A stretch of DNA of 64,000 nucleotides, taken from Marsupella aquatica (taxonomy: Eukaryota > Plantae > Marchantiophyta). Below are positions 10,901 to 20,749 of this stretch, one piece after another (within the stretch, counting starts at the first letter, position 1; every line of letters starts with the position of its first letter). The DNA lies in the NCBI GenBank assembly GCA_973895155.1, contig OZ316898.1, positions 15,406,330 through 15,470,329 of the forward strand. The letters run 5' to 3'. The position numbers were made by a program, and so were the translations under genes. Under the pieces are notes generated by a model, which saw only the letters and a list, made by a program, of their open reading frames with translations, made no database searches and was not told the DNA's origin.

Positions 10901-11139
10901 TTGTGCTACTTTATGACAGTAGGTATAGTAGGTTTCCAGGAAAGCTTTACACTCGCTGGTTAGGACCCTTTAGAGTAACCATGATGTTCCCCAATGGCTC
11001 CGTACAATTGGCCAACATTACGGGAGAGGTATATCCAGTTCGCATCCATTATGACCGCCTCAAGAAATACTATATGGACGAAGATAAAGTTGTTCGCAAG
11101 GACGCTTCACAATTAAGTGGGGAGCTATGTGATGCCTAG
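7873..11139 (+). CDS. pol: Pol: reverse transcriptase, RNase H, integrase (open frame)
   Basis: RT: RVCQDYRKLN, DGYSGYNQI, MPFGLCNAP, FIDD. RH: DVS...EREAL...TDH...ADFFSR. INT: HHCC, GIDYIGP, SDRGTHF, NGLTER, WLGPF. The stop codon lies inside the 3' LTR. Confidence 0.97.
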   Translation: MGSSSRDSGFSAGVVAEPTGSTTPSIIGKELNTKGSAYKPITRAEQIEALLEAERAQRPNSQEQEVDEMDRHDPEPRQEGEPTTNSKPNRPVRGQSMDTKEGTDSASPAEIPVYGGMRLERLEAELDPNLKKQINMIQARQYRKLDLGEGRELNLGRNLAPELEKEISDLLIEFQDVFAWSHQDLKGVDPTLGEHRIDLMLGAKSFRQPIRRMNPKYSLLVKTEIDKLVEAGFITPVLHSDWVSPIVIVPKKAGPDGKPKIRVCQDYRKLNEATLKDHFPLPFTDMVLDMVASHELYSFMDGYSGYNQIRIRQEDQIKTAFITEWGIYVFNRMPFGLCNAPAMFQRLMVNIFHDYLRKFMEIFIDDFAVFGKASKHAKYLRKTFMRCREVGLKLHPDKCFFAVTEGVLLGHKVSRKGIEIDKGKLAVWLDIMQPKNIKDVRSFLGCIGYYRRFIKDFAKLALPLTNMLKAGADFEPTPERVTAVVELKQMLVEAPVMIAPDWNKDFHVFVDVSGFCIGSVLSQLDEKGRDHPIYFASRQLADAERNYSTTEREALGVIYSCKKFRHYLLGYKVIFHTDHESLKYLVNKPDLTGRVARWILLLQEFDYELRIKPGKLHANADFFSRITGKPATDCIDDRFPDEELFVVEIAGTWYPEILQFLSTSRLQPGLSREQAAVFVRKVRQYQCIKGILHKHGINDTIQRCLEKIEVKRVLRAMHGEEAGGHFAPVTTSKKILNVGYWWPTLHKDVYQFIKQCDPCQRAGGPRASTRHPLHPILPLAPFEKWGIDYIGPLKPLTHPRRNKYIILATDYATKWVEARPTTKDDAITTARFMYEQIFTRYGAPLELVSDRGTHFLNDIISRLNEQYLVKHRPTTPYHPKANGLTERANGIIGKILNKTVAQNKLDWDDKLFAAVFAYNLAYKSTTGHTPFFLTFEQEALVPMQLEIPTFQVTIEERASAEESLKEREYRLEALEEARMISAERVEYRQNIMKQQYDKRLKVVSIHTGDLVLLYDSRYSRFPGKLYTRWLGPFRVTMMFPNGSVQLANITGEVYPVRIHYDRLKKYYMDEDKVVRKDASQLSGELCDA
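7897..7956 (+). promoter_or_regulatory. Putative programmed -1 ribosomal frameshift signal
   Basis: G GAT TTT (7897-7903) is in the gag-PR frame within the overlap with the -1 pol frame. After a 5-nt spacer comes a perfect 10-bp stem, GGCGTTGTGG (7909-7918) / CCACAACGCC (7934-7943). Loop GCCGA can pair with TCGGC (7952-7956). Confidence 0.75.
11115..11127 (+). promoter_or_regulatory. Polypurine tract
   Basis: AAGTGGGGAG(CTA) directly before the TG of the 3' LTR, inside the last pol codons. Confidence 0.8.
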
Positions 11140-14100
11140 ACAGGAATCACTCGGCCGGTTAAGTGGGTAAAGCAGGGAGGCACCCTAGGAACACCTTAGT
11201 ATAGGGACAAAACAAGGAAAATATAAACAATTAGGGGCAACCATGGAACCCGGGCAGAGGCCGGAGGTAAGGCTGAGGGTGAAAACCCGATTAGGGTTAG
11301 GGCGCGTTAAGCGTCGGCGGCTAGGAAGGATCAACGGGAAGAAGGACCGGCAGAGGAGAGGGGTAAGGAGCGCTTGCAGGAGATGGTGGCTCATTTGCGA
11401 GCACGAACTAGGCACACGACCACGGGAGGCCAACTACTGTCAGCTGCTTAGGCAAGCACTCGGGGAGAGAATAGATACCGACGATCGACCTAAGGAGGGT
11501 ATGAGCAACGTCAATCAAGCGGCACATTTTTGGGGATGCCTGTTCGAACGGGCAACTGAGTACATCAAGACTTACGAGGACGAGGAGTCAGAAAGGGCAG
11601 CTCGAGAATGGCAGGAGCTCGCTCGATTGTGGGAGCTGCAGAAGACGGCTTTCTTAGGAGGCGAACTCATCAAGGACGAGTTCCTGTGGACGCCTACTTC
11701 CAATCAACTCGACGATCTTCTGTTTTGCAAAGACAGCGTCGTCGGCATCCGAGAGGCCATCAAGAACTGCAACGACATACACTGGGAATTAAAGGGTAGC
11801 ACGGAAAGGTGGACCCAGGCAACGGTGCTAGGAGAAACCTCCACGGCAGCAGAGATGAAGAGGAAGGGGGCCGTCAACGATGAAGCCACCCCGGCAAAAA
11901 GAACGAGGTCGGCGGCACCAAAGAGGCCAGCCGAGCAGCAGAGCAGGAGGCAGGGAGAAGCCGAAGAGGAGGAGGTCGATCCCATCAAGGCCATTCCAAC
12001 CAGGGATGACACCTGGAAGGGCTGGGCGGCAACCCTACCGGTGGAGGTGCAACTACATTTTGCACGGGAGGAGGATGCATGCTTTACGGCCATGCAGACC
12101 AAGAAGTACCAAGGCTTCATGGCCGGATCCGGCTTAGAGGCCTTTGTAAGATTACCATGGCTGAAGCCGGAGGTACCGGAGTCAGACCTATTAGAATTCG
12201 TGGGGTCATGGGAACCCGAGACCAATTGCACGAGGATATATGGGAAGGATTTCTATCTTACTCCCAAGGTAATTGCCGAAGTGTTTGGCTTGCCGATAGG
12301 CAATAAGACCAAAGTTGATACCAGGAAGACCTTGCCTGACAAGGAGTTCCGGTCGTTCCCCGGGCCATCAACGAAGAATGGCTTCTTCCGGAACACCTGC
12401 ACCAACCCGCACATAGGAGAGATGATCGACTTCTTGCGGGTGACCATGCATTGTAACTTGCCGAGGGCAGAGATCGGCAAGGCACAGGTATATCTGGCAG
12501 AAAGGCCAGACCCAAGCCGGGACTACAACGGGTACCTCCTCAACCAATTGAAGAAGATCTTAAAGGAGGAGCAGCAGGTAATCGGCATGGGGAGCGTGTC
12601 GCGGCTTGGCTATCACATGCCGCTGTTGTGCCGGTATGCCAGAGGTCAGACTTTTGCCCCGGTACTTCCCCTGCAGGTAAGGGCACCCGAGGAAGCTCCA
12701 ACGCCGAGGCCGTTGGCTGAGAAGCCTCAACCACCTATTAGTCCTACGATCGAGCAGGTGTTTAGGCCCAGGAAGGAAGACTTGCCGATGCAGCAACCAG
12801 GCATGCAGAGTCTGCTGAAACTACTGGAGAAAGAAAAGAAATCGGCATCGGCAACAACAACGGCAACGGCAACAATGTAGGACACTACTACAGAGGTAGG
12901 CCTACACCGGCTCACAAGAGAAAACCCCTTTGCTGGAGACAAGGAGAGAATCAGGCCGGAATCCAAGCCAGGTGTTCGAATGTACGTGGGAACCTCAAGC
13001 TCCGAATCTGAGGCAGAATTGCCTGAAGCTCCTACCGACGAAGAGGAGAGGGAGAAGCCGGACGTCCAAGAGGTAGAGGAGGCAGTGGAGGACTGCAGCC
13101 ATGATAATTCCGGCTATGGGTCGGACCATCACGTTCCAGGAGTAAGGACCTGTGGCCGGTTTGTCCCCACACTTCCAAGGGTAGTGCGAGGGGACCCCAA
13201 CCAGCAAAGTAGCCCTGAGTCTCCCCCACCAGATGTTGCTCCCCCGAGCTTCGACGGCATAAAACAGACGGTGCAGGAATTTCAGGAGCGAATCAAGCAG
13301 GAGGAGGAGGCCGCCCTGGCTAAGGAAAAGGATTTACCACGAGGAGATTGGCCGGAGGACATCAGGCGGCTAGCCGAAAAAGGAAGCAAACCTCTAGCCA
13401 CGATTGAAGAGATCCGCAGGACGGCTTGGGAGCAGAGGCCACGATGGGCGATGCCGATCACTTCTACTTACTCCACCTACGCTAAGAATAGAGCCATGGA
13501 GTATGGTGAGATGTGTGGGGAACTTGCGCTCGGCATCTTTGGAGAGGAGTTGGAGGTAGGACCCTTTTTCCATAGGGAGCAGTTGGAGAAGCACCAATTA
13601 GAAGAAGCGGTGGCTTTAGAGAGAAGCAAGAAGGACGAGGTCATTCGACGGCTTAGGAGGATGGAAGCCGAGATTGAAGATCTAAGGGCGGCCAAGAAAG
13701 CCCAAGATGAACTGCGGATTAAACGACATGAGCTGAACATCATGCAGGGGCAGTTGGACACCGCGCAGGCTGATAATCAGAATATCAAGGATAAACTGAC
13801 TCAGACGCAGGAAGAGTTGGCCGACACGATCAAAGAGAGGGAGAAGTGGAAGCAAGAGCTGAAGAATACAGAGGAGGCCCACATAACAGCCAACAGCCGG
13901 GCCATGGCGGAGACCCAAAGAAAAGAATGGGCGTTGAAAGGGGAGCTCGAGAAAATCCGCGGAGCCCTTGAGCAGAAGGAGGTCGAGTTAGGGAAATCCT
14001 ATCAAGGGATTATGGCACTGCAGCAGGAGCTTGCGTCCCTGACGGCCAGCTTCAAGGCCGACCTAAGGGAGAAGGACGAGATGCTCGAACAGACTTACGC

Positions 14101-15751
14101 CAAGATGAACCAGATGGAGTCTGTCATCATTGCAGAGCTCGACAAGGAGCTAAGAGCAACCCAGGAGGAGAGGGCTACCTTGAAGAAGGAATTGGAAGAA
14201 GCCCACAGGGAGCAGGAGGAGGCCAAAAACGAGCTGGAGGGGGCACGTAAGGACCTGGATGAAACCCAAGAGGAGTTGGAGGAAATCACGAGGAAGATGG
14301 AGAACCTACAGCGGCGGGCCGACAACCAAACAGAGTGGCTGAAGAAACAAGCCGCAGTATTTAAATGCTTAGCTGCAGCAGGTCCATCTCCCGTTGGGAC
14401 AAACCAGTTACCAGGGGTGGTAATTGCCGAAGGAAAGCCGCGCCACCTGCACCAGTGCCGGAAGTAAGTGGGAAGGGGAAGGGACCAGCTGCCGAGCCAC
14501 CAACGAAGAAGAAGCGGAAACCTTCAGGGTCAAGGAGTAATACGACTTCACAGGCCGTGGTGATCAAGGAGGTAGACCCAGCACCGACCCCAGACAGGGT
14601 CACGGCTAGGGATCCAACTACCCTAGGGGAAGGGGAGGCCGAAGCCGAGGGAGTGGCTGAGGCCGAAGCCGTGGGTATTGCCGAGGCCGGTGTCGAGGCT
14701 GAAGCCGAAGGTGGACCCAGTCAGGCCGATGGAGAGTTGACTCAGTCAAGGGCAGGTAATCTGTCAGAGAATGAACCTACGGCAGTGGCTGAGGAGGAAG
14801 CGTTGGGGGCGTCCATTAAGGATCCACCACCGGTGTCGTGACGGTGCAAGGGCGTCGTTCCTTTTAGGGAGGGCGGACGTGGAGGGAGGAGGCGTGAGTG
14901 GGCAGGGCGGGCGCGGATCTCCACGTTTAGGATTAGGATCAGAACCAGGAGCGGCCCTGACACTTAGCTTAGTGGGATTGCGGTCCCACTGGTAGGAGCA
15001 ACACTTGTGCTCCTGCCTTGCTGTACATAGGTAGATTCGGGCAAGTAGATTACTGTTAAGTAGATTAGGCTTACGATGCAAAGAATGGCGGATCCACTAC
15101 CAGGATAAGTACCTGGGCAGCGGGGAGCTCAGTAGCAAGTTTTTAGTTTGCACCAGCCGGGCTGGGATCAAGTAGTACGAGAAGCTCTCGGTTAGTCATA
15201 CAGTGACCCTTGTGTATATTCATGTTTCCTCATGCCTAAGAGCTGAATAGAGTTGGCCTCACGGCTTAGTTCGCAGAACTTGTGTATGAAATGTACTGTT
15301 TGTATGGCAAGTGCATGGTATGACTCAGTCAGAATGAGTCATTTTGCTATTTGTGTGTCGCATTAACTTGTGTGAAGAGTGCCCACATCAACAGAAGGAA
15401 GGAAAGTAAGCAGGGGAGTGAGAGTTGGATGTGTCGAGCTGAGAGAGGTCTTAGCGGCTTAACCAAGCCTATTGGGGATCATTCCGGCGGCGGAATCCAA
15501 ACATACCTAACAAGACGGAGGGGAAGACAGGGGAAGACAGGGGAAGGCCTATATTAGGCCGGCTACGTATCTCATGACCCGATGAAGGATCTGTCCAGTA
15601 TATGTGTGTAAAATGTTAATAGTAGTAGTAGAAAGTTAGCAGCGTCCCATGCCGCTAAGCCGCGGAAACGGCCTCGCCAAGCACGAAACCTGCGGGAATC
15701 GGCTTGAGCTGGGGGGTTTCTTGGGTTTAGGGAGCCATGGGACGCACCACA
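11128..15751 (+). repeat. 3' LTR (~4.6 kb)
   Basis: TGTGATGCC...GCACCACA, followed by TSD TCCCC. Confidence 0.96.
11243..14841 (+). pseudogene. LTR-encoded protein, 3' LTR copy (TAG at 12878-12880; 1-nt deletion near 14434)
   Basis: ORFs 11243-12880, 12980-14467 and 14365-14841 reproduce the 5' copy. GGACAAGCC versus GGAAAGCC shows the frameshifting deletion. Confidence 0.85.
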
Positions 15752-15756
15752 TCCCC

Positions 15757-16775
15757 TCAAGCGGAAGTTGCTGATTTTGGACCTTAATAAAATACTTTGG
15801 GATTCTATTGAATTCCAAAGCAAGGGCACATCCAGGAATATTGTCACCTCAAGTGGAGTGCATTGGGATAGATCAAATGGAACTAGTCGCATGTATACAG
15901 AGAGGCCACGGCTCCATGAGTTTCTAAAGTTGGTTTTTGACCGGTTTGACGTTGCAATTTGGACATGTGCTGGGATGCCGCGAACAGTGAAAATGTTGAA
16001 CATGATGTTCACAATTGAGGAGCGGTTGAAACTGAAGTTTGTATTCACACAGGTGGAAGCCTTTGACACAGGCATTCAAAGGCGTGACGTTACAAATGGA
16101 AAGGCAAATGTGCTATTGAAGGATTTTCGGGTGGTATGGAGTGCATTTGGAAATCTATATGATGAAACCAACACACTCCTTGTGGATGACTCCCCCTTGA
16201 AGGCATTTGCCAACCCAGACATGACCGCACTATTTCCAGTGCCCTACACGCATGCCAATCGTGGAGACAATTTTCTTCTAACAATTCTTTGGCCATGTCT
16301 TGAGAAACTGTCACATGCAAGTGACATTCGTTGTTATCTTCTCCTAAACTCTCCAAAGTGGTCTCTATTGCACATTAAGAGAGACAAGGCAAAAAATGAG
16401 ATTACTTATGATCAACTTAGTAAGAGATGTGCAGCAAAAATTTGGAAGTCACAGTATAGGCATAGTGTGCTGGACCTCAATAGCAATGAGATTCCTTGGG
16501 CTGTGAAGCACCGTATATGTAGCTTACGTCCTGAGGTGGAACTTGACAATGCACTTGTCACCTCACTTGCTAGATCATTTGTAGGACGGGAATATTCAGG
16601 TCTGTATAGAGAAAATCCCAGACACTTTTTGCGGGAGATTATAGCAGTTAGGAACAACACCACCAAATTTCATCTCCCTGAAGATAAAGGGAGTTGCAAC
16701 CGTGACATTAGGGTAGATAGTAAAGGAGACAAAGGCACGTGCTCAAATAAATATTGTAAGGAGCACTTTGTTTAG
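15757..16775 (+). pseudogene. FCP1/NIF (NLI-interacting factor) homology HAD-phosphatase-like gene, main body, insertionally disrupted
   Basis: KLLILDLNKIL, RPRLHEFL...FDVAIWT, LLKDFRVVW and NTLLVDDSPLKAFANP are FCP1-homology motifs. The DxD motif reads DLN. Confidence 0.8.
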
Positions 16776-17035
16776 AGATCTGACTCATGTTAAGCGCATT
16801 AGATAGTGAAAATGGGTGCCAGCCCTGGATATTCATTGTAAGTTTGGACACAATTGTATATAATTATTTTCACACATTATCAATCAATGGTCCTTGCCTG
16901 GGCTTCTTTGTGCGGAAATGTTTTTACAAGTATGATCTCTATCCCATGGTTCTTTGTGAACTAATAAATAATATAATATTATTATAATTAATATATTATA
17001 TTATATTAATATAATACTAATAAGATTTGGCCTAT

Positions 17036-17150
17036 AAAGTGTACATTTAGGTATCAAAAAGTGTATATTTGGGCTTCGTAAAGTGTACATTTGGGGACAT
17101 AAAAGTGTACATTTCAGGACTGATTTGTGAACAAAAGAAAATACACTTTT
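17036..17150. repeat. Short tandem array of AAAGTGTACATTT motifs at the break point of a truncated LTR
   Basis: About 4 direct copies of aaagtgtaYattt at ~20-23 nt spacing, plus one inverted copy near 17140. Confidence 0.7.
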
Positions 17151-19255
17151 AATGAATAGGCTGATAAATCCTTTTCCCTGGCCAGGGCTGCCTTCTCTTC
17201 CTGCCTGATTCGCTCCTGAAATTCTTGCGCCATCTGTTTTATGCCGTCGAAGCTCGGGGGAGCAACATCTGGCGGGGGAGACTCAGGGCTACTCTGCTGG
17301 TTGGGGTCCCCTCGTACTACCCTTGGAAGTGTGGGGACAAACCGGCCACAGGTCCTTACTCCTGGAACGTGATGGTCCGACCCATAGCCGGAGTTATCAT
17401 GGCTGAAGTCCTCCACTGCCTCCTCTACTTCTTGGACGTCCGGCTTCTCCCTCTCCTCTTCGTCGGTAGGAGCTTCAGGCAATTCTGCCTCAGATTCAGA
17501 GCTTGAGACTCCCACGTACATTCGAACACCTGGCTTGGATTCCGGCCTGATTCTCTCCTTGTCTCCAGCAAAGGGGTTTTCTCTTGTGAGCCGGTGTAGG
17601 CCTACCTCTGGAGTAGTGTCCTGCATTGTTGCCGTTGCCGTTGTCATTGCCAATCTCTTTTCTTTCTCCAGTAGTTTCAGCAGACTCTGCATGCCTGGTT
17701 GCTGCATCGGCAAGTCCTCCTTCCTGGGCCTAAACACCTGCTCGATCGTAGGGCTAACAGGTGGTTGAGGCTTCTCTGCTACCGGCCTCGGTGCTGGAGC
17801 TTCCTCGGGTGCCCTTACCTGTAGGGGAAGTACTGGGGCAAAAGTCTGACCTCTGGCATACCGGCACAACAGCGGCATGTGATAGCCAAGCCGCGACACG
17901 CTCCCCATGCCGATTACCTGCTGCTCCTCCTTTAAGATCTTCTTCAATTGGTTGAGGAGGTACCCGTTGTAGTCCCGGCTTGGGTCTGGCCTCTCTGCCA
18001 GATAGACCTGTGCCTTGCCGATCTCTGCCCTCGGCAAGTTACAATGCATGGTCACCCGCAAGAAGTCGATCATCTCTCCTATGTGCGGGTTGGTGCAGGT
18101 GTTCTGGAAGAAGCCATTCTTCGTTGATGGCCCGGGGAACGACCGGAACTCCTTGTCAGGCAAGGTCTTCCTGGTATCAACTTTGGTCTTATTGCCTATC
18201 GGCAAGCCAAACACTTCGGCAATCACTTTGGGAGTAAGATAGAAATCCTTCCCATATATCCTCGTGCAATTGGTCTCGGGTTCCCATGACCCCACGAATT
18301 CTAATAGGTCTGACTCCGGTACCTCCGGCTTCAGCCATGGTAATCTTACAAAGGCCTCTAAGCCGGATCCGGCCATGAAGCCTTGGTACTTCTTGGTCTG
18401 CATGGCCGTAAAGCATGCATCCTCCTCCCGTGCAAAATGTAGTTGCACCTCCACCGGTAGGGTTGCCGCCCAGCCCTTCCAGGTGTCATCCCTGGTTGGA
18501 ATGGCCTTGATGGGATCAACCTCCTCCTCTTCGACTTCTCCCTGCCTCCTGCTCTGCTGCTCGGCTGGCTTCTTTGGTGCCGCCGACCTCGTTCTTTTTG
18601 CCGGGGTGGCTTCATCGTTGACGGCTCCCTTCCTCTTCATCTCTGCTGCCGTGGAGGTTTTTCCTGGAACCGTTGCCTGGGTCCACCTTTCCGTGCTACC
18701 CTTCAATTCCCAGTGTATGTCGTTGCAGTTCTTGATGGCCTCTCGAATGCCGATGACGCTGTCTTTGCAAAACAGAAGATCGTCGAGCTGATTGGAAGTA
18801 GGAGTCCACAAGAACTCGTCCTTGATGAGTTCGCCTCCTAAGAAAGCCGTCGTCTGCAGCTCCCACAATCGAGCGAGCTCCTGCCATTCTCGAGTTGCCC
18901 TTTCTGATTCCTCGTCCTCGTTAGTCTTGATGTACTCAGTTGCCCATTCGAACAGGCATCCCCAGAAATGTGCCGCTTGATTGACGTTGCTCATACCCTC
19001 CTTAGATCGCTCGTTGGTATCTACTCTCTCCCCGAGTGCTTGCCTAAGCAACTGACAGTAGTTGGCCTCCCATAGTCGTCTGCCTAGTTCGTGCTCGCAA
19101 ATGAGCCACCATCTCCTACAAGCGCTCCTTACCCGTTCGGCCTTCCGGTCCTTCCTCCCGTTGATCCTTCCTAGCCGCCGACGCTTAACGCGCCCTAACC
19201 CTAATCGAGTTTTCACCCCCAGCGTCCTTACCTCCGGCCTCGGCCCGGGTTCCAT
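17114..19255 (-). CDS. LTR-encoded protein, uninterrupted N-terminal ~700 aa, 3'-truncated
   Basis: The 713-aa ORF reads through both positions that are stops in the intact element's LTRs. Its indels relative to those copies preserve frame. Confidence 0.85.
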   Translation of the reverse strand: MEPGPRPEVRTLGVKTRLGLGRVKRRRLGRINGRKDRKAERVRSACRRWWLICEHELGRRLWEANYCQLLRQALGERVDTNERSKEGMSNVNQAAHFWGCLFEWATEYIKTNEDEESERATREWQELARLWELQTTAFLGGELIKDEFLWTPTSNQLDDLLFCKDSVIGIREAIKNCNDIHWELKGSTERWTQATVPGKTSTAAEMKRKGAVNDEATPAKRTRSAAPKKPAEQQSRRQGEVEEEEVDPIKAIPTRDDTWKGWAATLPVEVQLHFAREEDACFTAMQTKKYQGFMAGSGLEAFVRLPWLKPEVPESDLLEFVGSWEPETNCTRIYGKDFYLTPKVIAEVFGLPIGNKTKVDTRKTLPDKEFRSFPGPSTKNGFFQNTCTNPHIGEMIDFLRVTMHCNLPRAEIGKAQVYLAERPDPSRDYNGYLLNQLKKILKEEQQVIGMGSVSRLGYHMPLLCRYARGQTFAPVLPLQVRAPEEAPAPRPVAEKPQPPVSPTIEQVFRPRKEDLPMQQPGMQSLLKLLEKEKRLAMTTATATMQDTTPEVGLHRLTRENPFAGDKERIRPESKPGVRMYVGVSSSESEAELPEAPTDEEEREKPDVQEVEEAVEDFSHDNSGYGSDHHVPGVRTCGRFVPTLPRVVRGDPNQQSSPESPPPDVAPPSFDGIKQMAQEFQERIRQEEKAALAREKDLSAYSLKVYFLLFTNQS

Positions 19256-19370
19256 GGTCGCCCCTAATTGTTTATATTTTCCTTGTTTTGTCCCTATACT
19301 AAGGTATTTCTAGGGTGCCTTCCTGCTCTACCCCCTTAACTGGCCGAGTGATTCCTGTCTAGGCATCACA
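17162..19370 (-). mobile_element. Truncated LTR (5' ~2.2 kb) of the same Gypsy family, inserted into the first exon of the CACTA gene
   Basis: Reverse complement of TGTGATGCCTAGACAGG ends at 19370. Homology stops near 17162. Confidence 0.93.
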
Positions 19371-19372
19371 CT

Positions 19373-20558
19373 CCTCTAGGCCCCATTCCATGTTGGTGTG
19401 TGCGATGTAAGGGAATGGTGGTTTGTCAAGCTTGGGAGTGTATTGAGAATTATGGGCAACACCAACCTGATTTACCAGGACATTCAGCTCGCCAGGTATG
19501 CACCCCATACTCTCACCCCACACATTTTGAAGGAAACATAATTTGCCACTTACAATCATGGCCACTATCATCATATATTTATTAATTTTGGATTTTTTTT
19601 GAATGAATAGGTGCCCCGTAGGCCCCCTCCTCCATTGATCTCCAAAGAGCTATGGCTAGACACATTCTTGGCTAGTTCAAGGCGGATGCTTGCATCAACA
19701 TCTACACCCCCTCCTCCTGCCCCGCACCCCAATGGTGAGGGTGGGAGTATACCTGTAGCAAGGGTGGAGGACATTGAGCAAGGTGACCTGGAGGTACCTC
19801 CATCTAGGGTTTTACGCACCCACCCACGCTGGAGACATTACAAACCATTGGGCACTCGTGAGTCTCAAGACCCAAACTTGGTAGGTCCGCCTATGATGAA
19901 GCCAGGTGAGGGTTATGTGGTAGTGGAGGGTAGGTTGGGATTGTCATATCTCACTGGAAAGGCGTTGTCTCTTGTGAAGGACTTCTCATCTGAGATATTC
20001 AAAATCCCTCAAGGCATACCCACTAATGCCCCTATAGAGATATGGGGCCGTCATTGGATAGTGCAGTCATCTTCCCTTGGTGTTGATGTAGGATTTGGGT
20101 TATTTGCTTTGGAGGACATTGTGGTCCATCCAAAGCCATGGCGAAGAGGTTATGATGGGGAACACTTATTTCCTTACATTGGCCCTATATACATTGCCAA
20201 GAATTGGAACATTATTTTGCGGCAACAACCATCATGGGGAGTGTATGCATTGCAAATGGATTCCAATCCGGATGAGGTCCTCAAGAGGCCTTGGCATTGT
20301 AGGATGATTGATGGTGATCCTGTGCAATGTGATAACATCGCTGGGTATATCAATAGTACCAAAGGGAGAGGACGAGGACTTCAACCAAATGTAGAGTGGG
20401 TTCAGATTTTTGGGGCACCGCCACCACCTTACTATGTCAAGCATATGGATGACCATGTTATGACTATAGCCATTAGGACTATTAGGGCTGGTGAGGAACT
20501 CTTTTGTGACTATGATTGGAACGCGCCTAAGATGGCCATACGGTGTTGTCCTTCATAG
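19373..20558 (+). CDS. SET-domain (putative lysine methyltransferase) gene: exon ~19373-19495 (CxCxxC zinc-ribbon-like) plus exon 19611-20558; start lost to the LTR insertion
   Basis: SET motifs GFGLFALEDI, PYIGPIY, NIAGYINST, PNVEW, IRTIRAGEELFCDY. Donor CAG|GTATGC at 19495/6 and acceptor TAG|GTG at 19610/1, both phase 0. Upstream exon reads PIPCWCVRCKG...ENYGQH. Confidence 0.85.
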
Positions 20559-20749
20559 CACATACAAACATGTGTATATGTTCACTTTTATAAAAATATT
20601 ACTTGAGTCATTCTCTAATTGGTTTCAAGAGCTATGGATGGAGTCTTTTGACTCATTCATATATGGATGTCTCAATTGTTGGTTGAGAGACCTGGACTTA
20701 TATCATTCTCATTGTTTTCTTTTGTGTATGATAGAATGTATTTGTTCAG

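Larger units (their letters stand above)
279..15751 (+). mobile_element. Full-length Ty3/Gypsy LTR retrotransposon (non-chromovirus type) with giant coding LTRs
   Basis: Two near-identical TG...CA direct repeats (279-4903, 11128-15751). 5-bp TSD TCCCC at 274-278 and 15752-15756. PBS, PPT and gag-PR-RT-RH-INT domain order. No chromodomain after the integrase GPF motif. Confidence 0.97.
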
